In this document: in pieces, positions 42,680 through 58,495 of the stretch
Layout: the number at the start of each line of letters is the position of its first letter
Position numbering within the stretch: the stretch's first letter is position 1
Origin: Eledone cirrhosa
Lineage: Eukaryota
Length of the DNA: 64,000 bases
NCBI GenBank assembly: GCA_964016885.1
Contig: OZ024749.1
Coordinates: 29,016,001-29,080,000, forward strand
Reading direction: 5' to 3'
Notes under the pieces: model-generated
What the model was told of the DNA's origin: nothing
Databases searched by the model: none
The model's input: only the letters and a program-made list of their open reading frames with translations
Translations under genes and position numbers: made by a program

Positions 42680-42985
42680 AAATGTATTGAAACCAGGGAT
42701 TGCTCTAGCATGACCACAGTAAAATATATTAAAACCACACAGTGCTCCAGCATTACCACAGTTTAATGTATTGAAACCAGTGATTGCTCCAGCTTGACAC
42801 CAGTCTATATATTTAAACCAGTCATTGCTCCAACTTGACACCAGTCTATATATTTAAACCAGTGAATGCTCTAGCATGACCAAAGTCAAATAAATGGAAA
42901 TCACTCATTGCTCCAGCATGATCGTTTAATATATTGAAACCAGTGATTGTTCCAGCATGACCACAATCTAATATATGGAAACCAG
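42680..42985. repeat. ~41-bp tandem repeat (TTGAAACCAGTGATTGCTCCAGCATGACCACAGT...)
   Basis: About 7 copies. Confidence 0.85.
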
Positions 42986-43221
42986 GAAAATAATAAAAGA
43001 CTCATACACTTAACATTTATCACGCTACCTAAGGTTTCAAGGCAGAGGCACGGAAGCCATCTGCTGACTGTAAACAATGACACAAAATATACGTGGAGAC
43101 AAGATGTCTGGACAAGATTTCAGAGTGAGATCGCGTGTGAATAGGAAAGTGTATCAATAGGTAATCGAAGGGAGGTGATTTTTATGTAATCTTAAAAATT
43201 GTTTAGTATATAAAAAAATAG

Positions 43222-43410
43222 TAATTATTTCTACTTTAGGCACAAGGCCAACAATTACCCAGTATATTACTGGTACTTTATTTTATCGACCCCGTAAGGA
43301 TGAAAGGCAAAGTTAACCTCGGCGGGATTTGAACTCAGAATGGCAAGGGCCGTAACTCTATGCGTCAAAGCAAGGCGTCCGACCCTCTACCAATACTGCC
43401 AATCCACCGC
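43222..43410 (-). mobile_element. SINE family A with target-site duplication
   Basis: TTAGTATATAAAAAAATAGTAAT flanks both sides (about 43203-43225 and 43412-43435). Confidence 0.9.
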
Positions 43411-43831
43411 CCTTAGTATATAAAAAAATAGTAATGCAATATAATATGATATGGCATATGTGTGAGTGTGTGTGTGTAAGTGTGTGTATGTGTTTGTATG
43501 TGTGTATGTGTTTGTATGTGTGTGTAAGTATATGTATGTGTTCGACAGTTCGTGAGTTAGTCATTTGTTAGTGTAGTGTGAAGGAGACGTGTCAATCGGT
43601 GCAGAGTGTTAGTATGAGGAAATTATGTTTGTGAATATTGAATATTAGGGTCGTGGTATTTCCATGATGATAGTAAGTACTTCCTGAGATGGAGGCAGCC
43701 CTTAAAGATCCCTTTTTTTTTTTTAGTTCAGGCATTTGTTTAATGACTTTAACCATGTAGAATCTTGAAATTCTCATTAGTACGTATGTGTGTGTGTGTA
43801 AAAGAGGGGGAAATGTCGGTGTTTAACTCAC

Positions 43832-43877
43832 TTGAACTCTTGCTTCCGTTAAATCAATCCTCATGGCTAACTCCTCT
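43832..43877 (-). CDS. Arx: Aristaless/Arx homeobox 46-nt internal exon
   Basis: ttattttccAG|A GAG GAG TTA GCC ATG AGG ATT GAT TTA ACG GAA GCA AGA GTT CAA|GTgagt = (R)EELAMRIDLTEARVQ; joins in phase 0 to VWFQNRR at 19647. Confidence 0.95.
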
Positions 43878-43911
43878 CTGGAAAATAAGGAGTGTTCAGT
43901 TAACGACGACG

Positions 43912-43975
<64 letters not shown>

Positions 43976-44280
43976 AAATAATAATAATTTATTATTAAAA
44001 TAATAATTGAATTATAAATCTTTATGAAAATCTTTATTTTGGTTTTTGTTTGTTTAATGTGATAGTTATATTATGAATTCCTAGCTAAGCTTATCATGAA
44101 ATATCTTTTCTTTGAAAATCTCAGAGCTAGCTGTTGCCTAATACAACGGTCCTCAACAAATTGGTGTTATGATATTATAGTAAGTGGTAAGAAACTCTCA
44201 GAAGGGCTGGGCAGCAGAAGGTCTTCAGAGAAGAAACTCCCACCCTTCAAGCGAGTTTTAGGCCCTTAACGTTTTACACT

Positions 44281-44900
44281 CTAGGGGTGGGAGGCAGGCC
44301 ACATCCAGATCATGACTCCTGGGTGCCATTCTAGGGGGAACCAGGCCACATCCAGATCATGACTCCTGGGTGACCTTCTAGGGAGAAACCAGGCCACATC
44401 CAGGTCATGACTCTTGGGTGCCATTCTAGGGGAAAACCAGGCCACACCCAGGTCATGACAGTTGGGTGCCATTCTAGGGGGAACCAGGCCACATCCTGGT
44501 CATGACTCCTGGGTGCCATTCTAGGGAGAAACCAGGCCACATCCAGATCATGACACCTGGGTGCCATTCTAGGGAGAAACTAGGCCACATCCAGATCATG
44601 ACTCCTGGGTGCCATTCTAGGGAGAAACTAGGCCACATCCAGATCATGACACCTGGGTGCCATTCTAGGGGGAACCAGGCCACATCCAGATCATGACTCC
44701 TGGGTGCCATTCTAGGGGGAAACCAGGCCACATTCAGGTCATGACTCCTGGGTGCCATTCTAGGGGGAAACCAGGCCACATCCAGATCATGACTCCTGGG
44801 TGCCATTCTAGGGAGAAACCAGGCCACATCCAGGTCATTACTCCTGGGTGCCATTCTAGGGGGAACCAGGCCACATCCAGATCATGACTCCTGGGTGCCC
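44281..44900. repeat. 47/48-bp GC-rich minisatellite
   Basis: CTAGGGAGAAACCAGGCCACATCCAGATCATGACTCCTGGGTGCCATT, about 13 copies. Confidence 0.95.
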
Positions 44901-45317
44901 TTCTGCTGACATTCTCGTCGAGGTTAACTTTGCCTTTCATCCTTACCGAGTTGATAAAATAAAGTACCAGTAATGAACTGGATAATTGCTGGCCTTGGGT
45001 CAAAAGTAGAAACAATTATTATAATAGAATTACAACAATATAATCAATCTCAATTTTATGCTACTTTTATGAACATATTTCTAAGGAAATATATTCAATG
45101 TTAGAGGACTTTACAAAAATTATCAATTATTTCATTACTAAGATAATAATTTAATAAATGGTTCTTATAAAAATTATTTTGGGATACTTTAATTTAAATA
45201 AGAAGTGAGAAACAATAAGAAATAAAATATGAAATAGAAAAGTAGAGTGAAAAGACGAAGGTATGGAAAAAAATTAGAGAAAAAACACGTGTATTCAGTC
45301 AGCCATTAAATATATAT

Positions 45318-45503
45318 ACGGTGAATTGGCAGTATCGGTAGAGGGTTGGACGCCATGCTTTCTAGCATAGTTACGTCCCTTTACAGTCTGAGTTCAAATC
45401 CCGCCGAGGTTAACTTTGCCTTTCATCCTTACGGGGTCGATAAAATAAGGTACCAGTAATATACTGGGTATTTGCTGGCCTTGTGCCTAAAGTAGAAACA
45501 ATT
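45318..45503 (+). mobile_element. SINE family A (partial copy also at 44917-45020)
   Basis: A/B boxes and core as above. Confidence 0.88.
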
Positions 45504-45749
45504 ATATATATATATACAAGTGGAAGCTTAGTAAAATCGAAGCTTTGGCTGTGGCCAAGCAAAGTCGACCTACAATAAGGAATGAGTAGCAAAGCACTCA
45601 ATAAGAGTAGGTCCTTAGAGTAATAACATACGTTTAAATAGCTTGACAAATTGAAAATTGCTGTAGGCAAAACCCAACCATACACTACCAAAACAACGTT
45701 ATAAGTTTCGTTATAATATTGTGCTTTATCTTCAAATATATTTTTTATT

Positions 45750-47865
45750 AGCGAATAAAAATATATTTGAAGATAAGGCACAATATTATAACGAAGCTTT
45801 AAGTAGAGCAGGCTATAATAATTGTTTCTACTATTGGCACAAGGCCAGTACATTACTGGTACTTTATTTTATCGACCCCGTAAGGATGAAAGGCAAAGTT
45901 AACCTCGGCGGTATTTGAACAGGTTATAATAATGAAATCAAATACATCGACAATAATGATAAGGCAATTAACCATAATATTAACCATAATATTAATTATA
46001 ATTATAATAAGAAACCTAGCATAAACTCTAAAACTAACAGAAGAAATAGAACTAGAAACATAATCTGGTATTCTCCTCCATTTTCACTAAGTATTAAAAC
46101 ACCTTTAGCTAAACTATTTTTTAAAGCTCTTGATAAATGTTTTCCCAAGGCCCATAGATATTATTCAATCTTTAACAGACATACAATTAAACTATCTTAC
46201 TCTACTACTATGAACCTAGCACAAAATATAAATAGAATCAATAATAGAAATCTAAACCTTAACTAGAACTCAACTTTTAGATCTCTATATAAAATATAAT
46301 TACACGTTAAATCTTCTCTACATAACGTTTACTTTATCCAAACACCTATAATCTCATTTCTTAAATTATATGCATATATGTTCATAAATTCTAAATCTTT
46401 AAATTTAAATTTAATGTAATTCTAATTTTAATAACTTTTACTTCTTAAATATATATATTTTACTTCTTAAATTTTTACTTTTTAATATTTTTACTTCTTA
46501 AATATCTTTATTTTTTATCTTTATTTATCTTAGTTCCAAAATATCTCATAATCTTTTTAGAAAAATTACTTAAAACTTTTTAAAAATTACTTATTTTCCC
46601 AAAAAACTAGTTTTGGGGTCACCTTAATATTTTTAATATATTTTTTTAATATTTTTAATATATTTTAATTATATTTCCTGAATAATTTTAAACACTTTTT
46701 AAATGTTTTTAAAAGTTTTTTTTAGTACCTTCGGAGTCTTTCTGAGATTTTTTAAAAATCTCTTGGAAAGTTTTTCCAGGAATTTTCAAGAATTTTGTCT
46801 AGAATTGTTAACATTTTATAGTCTTAATTTTTAAATGGTTTTAGTATTTTCTTATACTTTTAATTCATTTTTAAAATTTTTTTTTATTTTTTGTAATTAT
46901 TTAATATTAGAGTTATAACCAATAACTAACTCTGGCTAAATATATCTTTAAACATATCTTCGTCAAAATTATCTCATAATAACTAATAAATAAACAAAAC
47001 TGGGATTTTCAATATTTTTCCAATGTAAAACATTAAAACATATAAGTAATCTTATTGACTCAGTTAATTTAATTTAATTTAATTTAAATACTTACACTAA
47101 ATATAAACTAGTATCCCTCATAATTTATCACCTATAACATGATATACCCATATATCCACTCATATATCTATCCTTATATCTATCCTTATATCTACATTTT
47201 ATCCTAAGCTTCTACTTCATATATATTTAAATCTATTTTTAATATATTTTAATATATTTTGATATATTTTAATATATCTTAATATATTTTATTATATCTT
47301 TATTTTTATTTTTAATATATCTTTATTTTTTCTATATATCTAATTTTCTATATACTTATAATAGTAAATAAATATTTATTTAATAGAATTCTAACAATTA
47401 TTAGTAAATATACGTAACATAAATATGTAACATAAATATAAAACGTATTTACGTTATATGAACTCATCCTCGGATAAGCTTCTTTCTTCGCTCTTTCTTC
47501 ACTTTATTTCTTCACTCTATTTCTACATATACTAATATTTTCTTTTCTTTTCTCTCTCTTCTTTTTTTCTCTCTCTTTCTTCTTCCCAAAGCGTAATTTA
47601 AATAAACGATTGTTTTTTTCAATTTTTCGGACATTCATTTGCATATTCACACAGAACTTTGAATTACCCTCAATAAAATGTTTTACTATCCAGCGAATTT
47701 TCAACCGTCAAGGTTGTTTTCCACGGCTATGTCACTATTTATAAAACAAATTTTGTATTTTATCTGATGAAAGCGCACCAAGACTGACTTGGTTGCCCTT
47801 GAAATATATATAATAAAATAATTATGGTTTTATAAATATAGCTTCCATTTATTAATATATTGTAT
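45750..47865 (+). mobile_element. PLE fragment (Naiad-like thumb/linker), AT-rich region and terminal hammerhead; SINE nested at 45822-45920
   Basis: NIFEDKAQYYNEALSRAGY|GYNNEIKY...RNRTRNIIWYSPPFS...ALDKCFPKAH...IFNRHTIKLSYS...* (stop 46266), missed by the ORF track. SINE flanked by CAGG(C/T)TATAATAAT. Confidence 0.75.
47756..47820 (+). ncRNA. Type I hammerhead ribozyme
   Basis: TATTTTAT-CTGATGA-AAGCGCACCA AGACTGACT TGGTTGCCCTT-GAAA-TATATA-TA-ATAAAATA. Confidence 0.78.
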
Positions 47866-47894
47866 ATATATATATATATATATGTATATATAAA

Positions 47895-47966
<72 letters not shown>

Positions 47967-48826
47967 ACAACTTAGGACAACCCAAGGAAGAAGAAACCAA
48001 GAACTGGTCATACCATTTATAATGACACACAACCCATGTCACCAGAATATCTTCAACACTGCCAAAGCAAACCTACCGATCATTGCTCAAAGTAATGAAT
48101 TAGAAGGCTTAATCACAGATCGATCTTTGACTCTTAGTAAAAGACAGCCGAAAAATTTGAAGTAATTACTAACAAAAGCAAAGTTTGACCTTAACAACAA
48201 AGACCAATCATTCACTGTATCTAAATGCAATGATAGTCGATGCAGCACATGTCAATCCATACACGCCGGTGAATATATGAAAACAAAAACTGGAAAAATA
48301 TTCCCAAATGCAAATATGAACTGCAAAAGCAGAAATCTAATTTACTGCATTAAATGCCCGAATTGTGAAGAACTATATGTCGGTCAAACTGGAAATGCAC
48401 TATCGGAACGTGCACGGGTACACCGACAGCAAATCAGAGACCCAAATGTCCGTCAGATACCCCTAAGTAACCATCTAGCAACATGTGGTCAGGGAATATT
48501 TATAATATTCCCATTCTACAAATTACACAGCCCAAGTGAAATCAAGAGAAAAATCAAAGAAAAGAATTTTATTGATAAATTCAAACCCAAGCTAAATGAA
48601 CAATAATAATGGGAGATTACTCCTACTATGACTATGACTACGACCATGTCGACTACGACCACTAACAACATCAACAATAATAATAATAATAATAAAAGTG
48701 ATGTTGATAGTGATGATTACTAGAAAATGCTATTTTCATCATTTCTAAAAATAGCAAAACAATTGATGCTTTGGATAGGATCAATTAGTGGTCGTTAGAC
48801 ATGCTCAACGAACCATGACGCCTAAA

Positions 48827-48922
48827 CCAATCAGCTTTAGTAATTCAGTGAAACTACACACCGATTGGTCGAATACAGTTTGCAAGATTTAGCATTCTGG
48901 AGCCACTTTTCACTGTATATAA
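48827..48922 (+). promoter_or_regulatory. Putative PLE terminal-repeat promoter (CCAAT x2 + TATA)
   Basis: CCAAT 48827, inverted ATTGG 48864, TATATAA 48916, about 70 nt upstream of a hammerhead core. Confidence 0.45.
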
Positions 48923-48987
48923 GGTACAAAATTTACCCATCTCATTACAGTTGAAAATTGCAAACTTGACTGTCACCACACATTATA

Positions 48988-49014
48988 AACCTGAAGATTG
49001 CGAAAGTACTTGTT
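48988..49014 (+). ncRNA. Ultra-minimal hammerhead motif
   Basis: AAC-CTGAAGA-TTGC-GAAA-GTAC-TT-GTT; palindromic loop 3, no real stem II. Confidence 0.5.
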
Positions 49015-49171
49015 CAATTAACACTTAACATTTAATATTCTATCATACTATTTCATTATAATACCATTATAAATTTTAAAGGATTGTAAATAAAACGAGT
49101 AAATCAGACAAAGTTGGAATTCCTTTTATTAATATAATCTTCTCTACACAATCATACACACCCGTCTATAT

Positions 49172-50654
<1,483 letters not shown>

Positions 50655-50801
50655 CATATAAATATACATATATATATATTACAATAACAGAAGTCCGATG
50701 AGCTTTTGATTCCAGAGTCGGGCCCGATCAACACAGATCAAACCTTGAGCTGAACAATCGCGAAACGCGCATCTCACCTCAATAAATGTAATGACACCTC
50801 G

Positions 50802-50882
<81 letters not shown>

Positions 50883-50961
50883 ATGCGTGTGTGTGTGTGT
50901 GTGTGTGTCTGTGTGTATGCGTGTCTGTGTCTGTGTGTCTATGTGTGTGTGTATGTAAATA

Positions 50962-51076
50962 CAGGGTGTCCCCCAAAAATGTATACACACTTCAACAGCA
51001 TTCTCATAAATATTGTCTGTACAGGTAATCAAAGTGTGTGTGTGTATACATTTTTGGGGGGTGGGGGGACACCCTA
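50962..51076. mobile_element. Tc1/mariner-type MITE
   Basis: TIR CAGGGTGTCCCCCAAAAATGTATACAC / GTGTATACATTTTTGGGG..GGACACCCT, preceded by TA. Confidence 0.7.
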
Positions 51077-51134
51077 TGTATATATAAGTATATGTGTGTG
51101 TATATATATATATGCATGCATACATGCACATACC

Positions 51135-51195
<61 letters not shown>

Positions 51196-51892
51196 GTAGA
51201 TGTCACTGCAGTTTGTGTCTAACAATAGGTAGTATTGGATTGGTAAATTGTGCAAGATGACAAAATAAAAGGTTTAATGGAAACAGAGAAGATAATACCT
51301 GTGTTTGATGGTTCAGGGCAATATATGACATTTGATATGATATTAAATACATTAATATATATAATATAATATCAAATATATTAATATATATTATATGATA
51401 TCAAATATATTAATATATATGATATAATATAATATAAAATATATTAATATTTATGATATAATATAATATCAAATATATTAATATATATGATATAATATAA
51501 TATCAAATATATTAATATAATATCATTGATAAATGTTAAAGAAGTGTCAGGTATGATATGGTATGCTCTGGTCATGTAACACTTGATAGAACAATAGAGG
51601 TGACATAATGGCATAGAATGTTTCTAGGGCATTCTGGGTAAACCTGGCAGAACACATCTTCTCTCCAGGTCTGAATACAGAAGATTTCTTCCAGAGAAGG
51701 ATAGAGAGAGAGAGTGAGAGAGGAAGTGAGAAAGATATGTAGAGGGAGAATCGACTCTAGTTCTACACTTTATTTTATCGACTTCGAGTGGATGAAAGAA
51801 GGCAAAGTTGTTCTCAACAGGACTTGAACTCAGAGAGCAGCGAGCTGGAACGAACACCACAAAGCATTTTATCTGACGTTTTGACAACTCTG

Positions 51893-51981
<89 letters not shown>

Positions 51982-51986
<5 letters not shown>

Positions 51987-52404
51987 AAAGAATAGAGGTG
52001 TAACACACAAGTTATTATATATTGGTAAACGGAATAGAAAATGCTGACAAATTGTTCACAGTTGAAAAATGGTTTAATTAGGAATAAAAGAGTATTAGTG
52101 ATTGTATGGGTTAGTATTCAGTTGTGGTTTTAAGTTTTTAAGTTTTTACCGGTTGCGCATTTCTAAATGCTTTTCAAAAATAATTTTGAGATAGAGTGTC
52201 CGTGCTGTTTGCTCTGATCAGAGCAAACAGCGCGGACACTCTATCTCAAAATTATTTTTGAAAAGCATTTAGAAATGCGCAACCGGTAAAAACTTAAAAA
52301 CTTAAAACCACAACTGAATACTAACCCATACAATCACTAATACTCTTTTATTCCTAATTAAACCATTTTTCAACTGTGAACAATTTGTCAGCATTTTCTA
52401 TTCC

Positions 52405-52409
<5 letters not shown>
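51982..52409 (-). mobile_element. Fold-back mini-element: loopless 384-bp palindrome plus 44-bp tail
   Basis: 52026-52217 mirrors 52218-52409 about TGA|TCA, with about one mismatch; in (TA)n. Confidence 0.92.
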
Positions 52410-52455
<46 letters not shown>

Positions 52456-52459
<4 letters not shown>

Positions 52460-52703
52460 AAAGAATAGAGGTGGAACACACAAGTTATTATATATTGGTA
52501 AACGGAATAGAAAATGCTGACAAATTGTTCACAGTGAAAGATAGTTTAATTAGGAATAAATGAGAATTAGTAATTGTATTGGTTAGTAATCAAAACTTAA
52601 AACCAAAATTGATTACAAACCAATACAATTACTAATTCTCATTTATTCCTAATTAAACTATCTTTCACTGTGAACAATTTGTCAGCATTTTCTATTCCGT
52701 TTA

Positions 52704-52713
<10 letters not shown>
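52456..52713 (-). mobile_element. Fold-back mini-element, same family and tail as 51982, shorter arms
   Basis: Tail GTTAAAAGAATAGAGGTG.AACACACAAG; arms of about 105 bp around a 15-nt spacer. Confidence 0.9.
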
Positions 52714-52754
<41 letters not shown>

Positions 52755-52763
<9 letters not shown>

Positions 52764-53187
52764 CAAATGGAAACTATATTTATAAAACCATATTTATTTT
52801 ATTATACATATTTCAAGGGCCACCAAGGCAAATTATGGTGCGCTTTCATCAGATAAAATACAATACAGATTTGTTTTATAAATAAATATTGACATACCCT
52901 GAAAAAAGACAACCTTAACGGTTGGAGCTTCCTGGATAGTTTTTTCAGGGTATGTCAATATTTATTTATAAAATAAATCTGTATTGTATTTTATCTGATG
53001 AAAGCGCACCATAATTTGCCTTGGTGGCCCTTGAAATATGTATAATAAAATAAATATGGTTTTATAAATATAGTTTCCATTTGTTAATATATTGTATATT
53101 TACTCCACTAATTTGTTGAGTGCTTTATATCAGTTATAAAAATGTTTAAGCTTGTTGAATCCCAACACATTAAATATAACCTCTGCA
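52755..53187 (+). mobile_element. Fold-back mini-element with hammerhead (family of the 47690-47865 end)
   Basis: Arms 52755-52907 and 52940-53092, tail 53093-53187. Confidence 0.9.
52987..53052 (+). ncRNA. Type I hammerhead ribozyme (mirror copy 52795-52860, minus)
   Basis: TATTTTAT-CTGATGA-AAGCGCACCA TAATTTGCCT TGGTGGCCCTT-GAAA-TATGTA-TA-ATAAAATA. Confidence 0.78.
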
Positions 53188-53200
53188 TATATATATATAT

Positions 53201-53545
<345 letters not shown>

Positions 53546-53762
53546 GATGCGAAATCCGAAATATAGGGACAATTAAATCTCTTCCAAGGTAACTCTATCT
53601 CGTGTTATTATTTTACGCTCTTTCCTACGTTTCTCTACACACTATACGTCTCATTCTACATTTCCTCTTACATCTCTCTTCACCACCGGAGTCTGTTACC
53701 CGGAGATTTACCCATCTGCATTGTTGAGGCTTCCAAAACGACCTATTTTTTTATATATAAAT

Positions 53763-53789
<27 letters not shown>

Positions 53790-53803
<14 letters not shown>

Positions 53804-53985
53804 TTAATGTACATCTTCCATGCTAACATGGGCAGGATAAGTTGACCTTTAGGGAAAGAATCAGGTCAGAGGACCATGTTAGCTCAATCAGGTGAGCTAA
53901 ACATGGTCCTCTGACCTAATTCTCTCCCTAAGGATCAACCCAACCTACCCATTCTAGCGTGGAAGATGGACGTTAAACGATGATG

Positions 53986-53987
<2 letters not shown>
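53790..53987. repeat. ~200-bp palindrome with (CAT)n/(ATG)n ends
   Basis: Inner AGGTCAGAGGACCATGTTTAGCTCA/TGAGCTAAACATGGTCCTCTGACCT is perfect; outer arms are diverged. Confidence 0.8.
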
Positions 53988-55277
<1,290 letters not shown>

Positions 55278-55278
<1 letters not shown>

Positions 55279-55437
55279 GAGGCTAAGCTGAAAAGTTTAT
55301 TGGGTGACTATGAACGATTGATGCATTGTTTCTTCCCAGGGAATATGCCGAACAATAAACCTCATTTGGTCATTTCATGAGAGTATCTTGTTGAACCTAT
55401 GAACATTTCAGCCGATAACATTTTCAGTCGACCCTCA
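55278..55437. mobile_element. Mariner-type MITE
   Basis: TA|CGAGGCTAAGCTGAAAAGTT ... AACATTTTCAGTCGACCCTCA|TA, imperfect TIRs. Confidence 0.6.
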
Positions 55438-55888
55438 TATATATGGCATGATATCACATACCTTAGCAATATAGATATGATATCACATATATCAATATAT
55501 GTGATAGCAAACATTAAAGGAATGATAGAACCAAACATCAAAACAAAACATAAAAATAACAATACAAGAAACAAATAATATTTATTGTGCTAATGATTAG
55601 TTTTCTTTTTATAATTAATTTGGTACCATTGACTGATATATAATTAATTTGGTAATTTAGTTCAATTTACAAAATAAATCATATTGACGATGGCATACGG
55701 TTCTTCTTTTTCTTCTTTTTCTTCTTTTTCCTCTTTTTCTTCTTCTCTTTCTTCTTTCTTCTTTTTTCCATCTCCTTCCTCATGATCATCACAATCCTCT
55801 TCTTCTCCCCCCTCCTCATCCTCCCCTCCCTCCTCCCCCTACTCCTTCAGACTAGTTCTAAGACAATATCATTAGTAAAACTAATGAC

Positions 55889-55963
55889 AATCAATTTTAT
55901 TAAAGTAATTAGATTGTCATTAGTAAAACTAATGACAATCTAATTACTTTAATAAAATTGATT
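55889..55963. repeat. Perfect hairpin, 36-bp arms, 3-nt loop
   Basis: AATCAATTTTATTAAAGTAATTAGATTGTCATTAGT AAA ACTAATGACAATCTAATTACTTTAATAAAATTGATT. Confidence 0.9.
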
Positions 55964-56572
55964 TTTTTTCCCCGCCTCCAGTTAAGAACATATATATTTA
56001 TATCTTTTGTTTATTTTTGTGTGATTTCTGCTTTTAATTTGATTGATTTTATAATCGATCTTTCATATGCAAATCAGATAAATTGATAAATTAATTCAAT
56101 GGTTAGATTCGTCTCAATTGTTTTCTACTTGTCCTCACTGCTTCCATTAAGTCCTCACTCACAGTAACTTCAACACTCCAGCTCTCTTCTCTCTGACTCA
56201 AATATTCCTCAAGTCTTCACTCAAGTTATCAGTCACTCAAGTTATCACTCACTCAAGTTATCACTCATTCAAGTCCCCACTCAAGTTACCACTCATTCAA
56301 GTCACTACTCAAGTTATACCTCTCTCATATCACCACTCAAATTATCACAGTAGATATCACAGCTTATATAGTATAACACCTCTTCTTCTTCTCCCCCATC
56401 ACCAGTGTGTGCCACTCAACCTGAGAAACAACTAGAAGATCTGTTAAGCAGTACACTATACACTGGATCTGATAAAATATAAGGTGTATGGTAATACAAT
56501 GTCCACTCACATATACAGCTCACCGACAATGAAGCCTTCGGGCATATAAAGGCTGCCGACATACAAGACCCA

Positions 56573-56647
<75 letters not shown>

Positions 56648-56914
56648 CCTGTGGACTTATAAAGCCTATAGGTATATGACATTCACAGTCATATAAGGCC
56701 CATGGGGCATATATAAAGCCTGCAGATATATAAGGCTCGCAGATATATAAGGCCCGTGGATATATAAGGCCCGTGGACATTTAAAACGTGCAGACATATA
56801 AAACTCTCTCCTCGATTCCTATGGAATATTAAAAACAATTTTTTGTGCGGCTTAGTATTTAAAGTTTATTGAAATATGTAGTTACAGTTTAGCAGGGTGT
56901 AAGTACTTAGAGGA

Positions 56915-57632
56915 AAGACTTGGTGGAAAGATTTGGTGGAAAGACGGGCAGAAATACTTGGTGGATATATTTGGTGGAAAGACTGGGCAGAAATACTTGG
57001 TGGAAATATTTGGTGGAAATACTTGGTGGAAATATTTGGTGGAAAGATTTGGTGGAAATATTTGGTGGAAAGATTTGGTGGAAATATTTGGTGGAAAGAC
57101 TGAGCAGAAATACTTGGTGGAAATATTTGGTGGAAAGACTGGGCAGAAATAGTTGGTGTAAATACTTGGTGGAAAGACTGGGCAGAAATACTTGGTGGAA
57201 ATATTTGGTGGAAAGACTGGGCAGAAATACTTGGTGGAAATACTTGGTGGAAATATTTGGTGGAAAGACTGGGCAGAAATAGTTGGTGGAAACACTTGGT
57301 GGAAAGACTGGGCAGAAATACTTGGTGGAAATACTTGGTGGAAATACTTGGTGGAAAGACTGGGCAGAAATACTTGGTGGAAATATTTGGTGGAAATATT
57401 TGGTGGAAATACTTGATGGAAAGACTGGGCAGAAATACTTGGTGGAAATACTTGGTGGAAATATTTGGTGAAAATACTTGGTGGAAATACTTGGTGGAAA
57501 TATTTAGTGGAAATACTGGGTAGAAATATTTGGTGGAAAAACTGGGTAGAAATATTTGGTGGAAAGACATGGTGGAAAGACTGAGCAGAAATACTTTATG
57601 GAAATATTTGGTGGAAAGGCTGGGCGGAAATA
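56915..57632. repeat. 13-bp two-variant minisatellite (GAAATATTTGGTG / GAAAGACTGGGCA)
   Basis: Direct reading. Confidence 0.93.
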
Positions 57633-57884
57633 TGCAACTAGGACACAATGACCATCTTTTAAATAATATAATTAAAAAAATTAAAGTTCAAATGACTAAG
57701 TATTCAATAGGCACATGTATCCATAGCATAATTCTCAGGGAGATTCAGTGTGACACAGTGCGCGACAAGGCTGTCCTTTTTGAATTACAGATACACCTAT
57801 ACAATGATTTTCCAAACAGTTTTATTGTTGATTATGAACAAAAACACAATAGCAGCTACCTCTCCATATCAAGAGATCACAGCT

Positions 57885-57995
57885 TTTAAGGAGAAAAACA
57901 AACTGGCAGGAGATCCAAGTGTAGAGCCTGAGCAAGATGGCTGGATAACATCCAGGTGCTCGGCTGGTCTCGTTTAGGGGTCCAGCCAGATCATG
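57885..57995 (+). mobile_element. Small RTE LINE remnant
   Basis: GCCTGAGCAAGATGGCTGGATAACATCC...GGCTGGTCTCG matches 24220-24270. Confidence 0.7.
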
Positions 57996-58307
57996 TAAAG
58001 AGAGTTGCTTCTGGTAGGACCTTTGGGAAGGCATATCTGAGAACATTGCCCACACACAATCCTCACATAGCTAAGTGGACAAAAGAAGTAGAATAAGGGT
58101 TTATATAGCACAATAGGGTGTATAGTACATGATAGAGTGTATATAGCACATGATGTATATAACATAACAGGGTGTATAGAATATAATAGGGTGTATATAG
58201 CACAATAAGGTGTATAGAATATAGTAGGGTGTACAGAATATAATAGAGTATATAGAATATAAAACGCAATAGGGTGTATATAATATAAGAGGGTGTATGT
58301 AGCACAA

Positions 58308-58495
58308 TAATTGTTTCTACTTTAGGCACAAGGCCAGCAATTACCCAGTGCATTACTGGTACTTCATTTTATCGACCCCGTAAGGATGAAAGGCAAAGTC
58401 AACCTCGGCGGGATTTGAACTCAGATCGTAAAGGGACGTAACTATGCTGGAAAGCATGGCGTCCGACCCTCTACCGATACTGCCAATCCACCGCC
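58308..58495 (-). mobile_element. SINE family A inserted in a 20-bp minisatellite (58090-58540)
   Basis: Full SINE; TGTATGTAGCACAATAAT duplicated on both sides. Confidence 0.9.

Larger units (their letters stand above)
47965..49170 (+). mobile_element. PLE 3' fragment (Neptune-like Cys linker + GIY-YIG + terminal repeat)
   Basis: IPFIMTHNP...KRQPKNLK*LL...KCNDSRCSTC...NCKSRNLIYCIKCPNCEELYVGQTG...RARVHRQQI...KFKPKLN (to 48606); starts in (TA)n. Confidence 0.9.

Noticed and set aside
44281-44900. CRISPR-like or coding 48-bp repeat
   Set aside because: Head-to-tail units without spacers; the 47/48-bp mixture breaks the frame.
50690-50780. CCGATGA...GCGAAACGCGCATC hammerhead-like stretch
   Set aside because: Core mismatch and no stem I pairing found.
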